Assembly (NCBI RefSeq): GCF_006345805.1
Contig: NC_043004.1
Span: 6,014,001 to 6,078,000 of the forward strand
Source of the DNA: Octopus sinensis
Taxonomy: Eukaryota
Length of the DNA stretch: 64,000 nt
Direction of reading: 5' to 3'
Made by a program: the position numbers and the translations under genes. The notes below the pieces were generated by a model. That model was not told where the DNA came from, ran no database searches, and was given only the letters and a program-made list of their open reading frames with translations. Of this stretch, positions 60,502-64,000 are shown one piece after another; the stretch's first letter is position 1, and every line of letters begins with the position of its first letter.

Positions 60502-63434
60502 GTTAGGACTTGTTATTCTTATTTCACTTGTCTAACTAGCAATACTTGTATAGACATTATTCCTATTTTTAAAGTTAATTTTCACAAACCAGTAAGTTTT
60601 TAAATTTGAGACTTGTAAAGGTTTCATGAGATTTAAATTAATATCTTTCTTATGATATGAAACAGCAAAGATGTTGACAAAAGAAGAAAAGAAAAAAAAT
60701 TTGCATCATTTACCATATTTTCTGAACTAGCTTTTGATATGAAATATTTCTTTGTGAACAAGATAACACACTATGCATCTGTTCTAGCATTTCCAGATCT
60801 AAACAGCAGCTTTTTTTTTTTGTCAATCTGCAGCTTTGCATATCTGATATTAATCATGTTAAATTTCTGATCAGTTGAAGACACTAATTAATGTGTAGTC
60901 AAATATACATTCAATACTTGCTAAGACAAATGATTAATTTAACTAAGCTTGCCATTGTCTTACATAATAATCCACAGTGTCAGCTGTATCAGCTGAGATG
61001 TTCAGAACTGCTCATGCATAATAAGCTCCCTTTATATGGTCATGCAGAAATACTCTTGTGTTGTAAACCAATATAGTCAGACATAATTTTTTCTTTAATT
61101 CTTATTATTTGTCTTCCAAATATCAACTTTTTTATTTTTATTTGTCTAGTTATTCATGAATGGAATCTGTCATCATTTTCATTTCATTTTTCAATTTCTC
61201 TCTCTCTCTATATATAAACATTATTTATAAAACTCCTTTGTAATTAGATATTAATTTGTGTATGTTGTTTTGACAATAGCTGAAATAGATTTTACATTCC
61301 TTTAATAGACATAGAACATTTATCAATGACACTCTCTTAGGTGCTCGCAGTAAATAAGTAAAAATTGCAGGAAATTACTTTGGTGACAAAATATGAAATA
61401 ATTATTTTTATATGCCATTATTTTAATTTCCCTGAAATTGTTTTCAGTCTTGAATATTTTCTCTGCATCATACAACAACTAGTGTGATGATTTATAAGAT
61501 CATGTTATTATTCATAACATGTTAAACTGTACCTTTTCTTTAAGATGAATTTGTACTTTGTATATAGTTTAAGAAAAATTAAAGCTATTTAGTTTTCTCT
61601 TGAGAAATGATATATATCTATCAGTTTAAAAAGTACAGTGCCCTAATAGAAGAAAAAAACAGAAGTGGGCTTGAATCTACTTAAAATACTATAACTTTTT
61701 AACAACTTTTTATGAAAACCCAATCATAAAACAAAGCTCAATGAGGATACTAAAATTGCAAGAAATTTGAAATCTTAGAAAGTTTTAAATTTTCAAGTAT
61801 ATTAGAGAAATTTCAGAAGTTATTTTCTATTGTAGTAATTAACTTTTAACTCCATAAGCCAACAGCTGGAACTACCACAATAAGATTTTTCTAGATATGT
61901 TTCAATTCAAAAACCTTTGTGCCTGAAAACTCAGTGTGATGTATGATATGTATACATACATGTATATGTATATACATAAGTTAATGGAGGTTTTAGGAAA
62001 TTAAACATTATTCCAAGTGCCAGAACCCTAATCTTGCCTCATAATTTCTGATCTAGAGTAGATCACTGCAATATAAACAAGGAAAAGATTGGCTACAAAG
62101 TGCAAGTAGAATGAAATACCTTACCCAAGGGCACATCATAAATTTATCATTTATAAACTGAAATTTTGGCATAATCTCTAACGAAAAATCACACTGACAC
62201 ATCTATTCTATGAAAATAGTTAACACGTTCTTGAGTTACTCTTTTCAGATGAAGAATGGGTTTTCTAAGAGGTCACTATTGTTGAAAATATATCATGAGA
62301 TAAACAATTGGAAGAAAACGGTTACTAACTAAAAAAAATAATAAATAAAATAAAAAGATACTGATTTATGTTTGCAGAAATTTGGAAGCTACTGATAATT
62401 AACAGCTATAAAGAAAATGTTCCTCTGACCATCTGCAATTATTTAATTATAATTTTTTTTTAAATTTTAAAAAGTTCATCTTATGCCAGAAGTTTAGCAT
62501 TGCAGACTTCTGTCAGTGCCTTAGAATGTTACAATTTTTAACTAAACACTTAAAAAGGAAAAAATAAATAAAAAAAAGAAAAAGAAAAAAGTTAGTTCAA
62601 TTGTACAAATATTTGTCTACTCTTGTTTAGCATTTGTCTTTTAAAATTCTAAGAAAACTTATTGGAGGCTAAGAAATGTACATAATTTTTCATTTAATGG
62701 TCCACCTAAATGTCATATTTCTAAATCTAACTGCTGTCACTGTTGTGGCCATTTTTTAAAACCCCACCACATTAAAACTGAGTTACTTGTCTGCTACTCT
62801 AAAAATGCATTTTGCTAAATGCTCATTTATTTATTTATCTATCAAAATTTTATTCTTAATAGAAATCTTCTTAAGCTGAAACCTACCCAGAGTTTTTATT
62901 TTCGACATACACTTTTGTTATCAGTGTTAATCTTTGTATATTAAGTTTGTAGATATGACTTAGTTGATTATAACAAAGATTCTAATGATGTTAATTTATT
63001 GTGATTTTAAGAAGGAAAAACAAACCGTAGATGTAACTTATTATGAATGCAAAGGTAGGTAACTTAAAATTTAGGAAGATTTTCTATTTTAACAATATTA
63101 TAAGAGACTGTCACACGATTTCATTTGTTCCCCCCACCCAGTAATTCTGATTAAAGTTTTGTGCATACAAGAATCCTTTCATCTTTCTTAGTTTTATACG
63201 GAATGTTAAAGATTGCATGGTATTTATGTATGTTGTTAAAAATTTAGTTATGTTATGGTGAAGCTACCAAAAACACTGGATTAAGGAGGAAATATTTCCA
63301 ACCCGCCTCAGACCCCATCTTTAGCTGTTAAATATCTCTCGTTAATATCATGAAACAGATAAATTGTTCTCTGGATAGATTACTAGAATTAAAGCCACTT
63401 TTCCTCTCATATTTGTAGTACAATTTCTGCTTAC

Positions 63435-64000
63435 AATAGGCAACACCACAACCTTAACACACAGAATTGGATGTTGTGTAAGCTATGGACACATAAAATA
63501 TAGGTAGAATAAACACTAAATGTACAGAAAATAGACTCCATAAAATGCCAGTGGAGTAAGCTAGATATAGCTTCTGTTATCTAAGCAACCAAGTTAGTAG
63601 CAGAGGTGGATGCTCCGAGAGTGTAGCTATGAGAATAAGAATAGGCTGGACAAAGTTCAGAGAGCTCCTACCTCTGCTGGTAACAAAGGGCCTCTCTCTC
63701 TCTCTCTCTCAGAGTGAAAGGTAGATTGTATGATGCTTGTGTGAGAACAGCTATGTTACATGGCATGAAACGGGTTGTAACAGCTGAGGACATGTTTAGG
63801 CTTGAAAGAAATGAAGCCAGTATACTTCGCTGGATGTGCAATGTAAGCATCTTGAGACAAAAGTTGGGCATAAGTGGCATTAGATGTGGTGTGCAAGAGA
63901 CGACTGCACTGGTATGGTCATGTAATGCACATGGGCAAGGACAGCTGTGTAATGAAGTGCTGATCTCTGGAGGGAACCTGTGGTAGAGATAGACCCTGGA
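63435..64000 (+). mobile_element. RTE LINE fragment, same family; runs off the window
   Basis: IRIGWTKFRELLPLL; KGRLYDACVRTAMLHG; RLERNEASILRWMCNV. Confidence 0.88.

Noticed and set aside
62249-62332. Possible terminal exon (cttttcag|MKNGFSKRSLLLKIYHEINNWKKTVTN*) in phase with exon L
   Set aside because: Acceptor and phase fit, but the peptide is short and unrecognisable, and BTBD8 proteins are expected to be much longer; needs RNA data.

Overview
AT-rich, microsatellite-laden eukaryotic genomic DNA. The repeat families (tRNA-headed SINEs, RTE-type LINE pieces with (GAT)n tails, mariners) look like those of octopus/coleoid cephalopods; this is inference from recalled repeat families, not a database search. 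One spliced protein-coding gene is supported, on the + strand: a BTBD8-like protein (two BTB/POZ domains, a BACK-like helical region and a low-complexity tail). Twelve coding exons between 35472 and ~60501 splice in frame (848 codons), and the gene probably continues beyond the window. The first 35 kb has no supported coding exon and consists mostly of transposon debris, possibly 5' introns of this gene. The most unusual object is in the last intron seen (59.4-59.8 kb): a fold-back of a tRNA-derived SINE head and two inverted copies of a tail. One tail carries a Penelope-type minimal hammerhead ribozyme motif (catalytic G12 mutated); the other lacks most of that core. Other points: SxIP motifs in the BTBD8-like tail, inverted SINE pairs bracketing exon blocks, a mariner derivative built from two 5' ends, and several perfect or near-perfect hairpins. 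No rRNA, functional tRNA or CRISPR array is supported. Most ORFs in the supplied track are microsatellite or repeat artefacts. Repeat boundaries are approximate unless TSDs are given.
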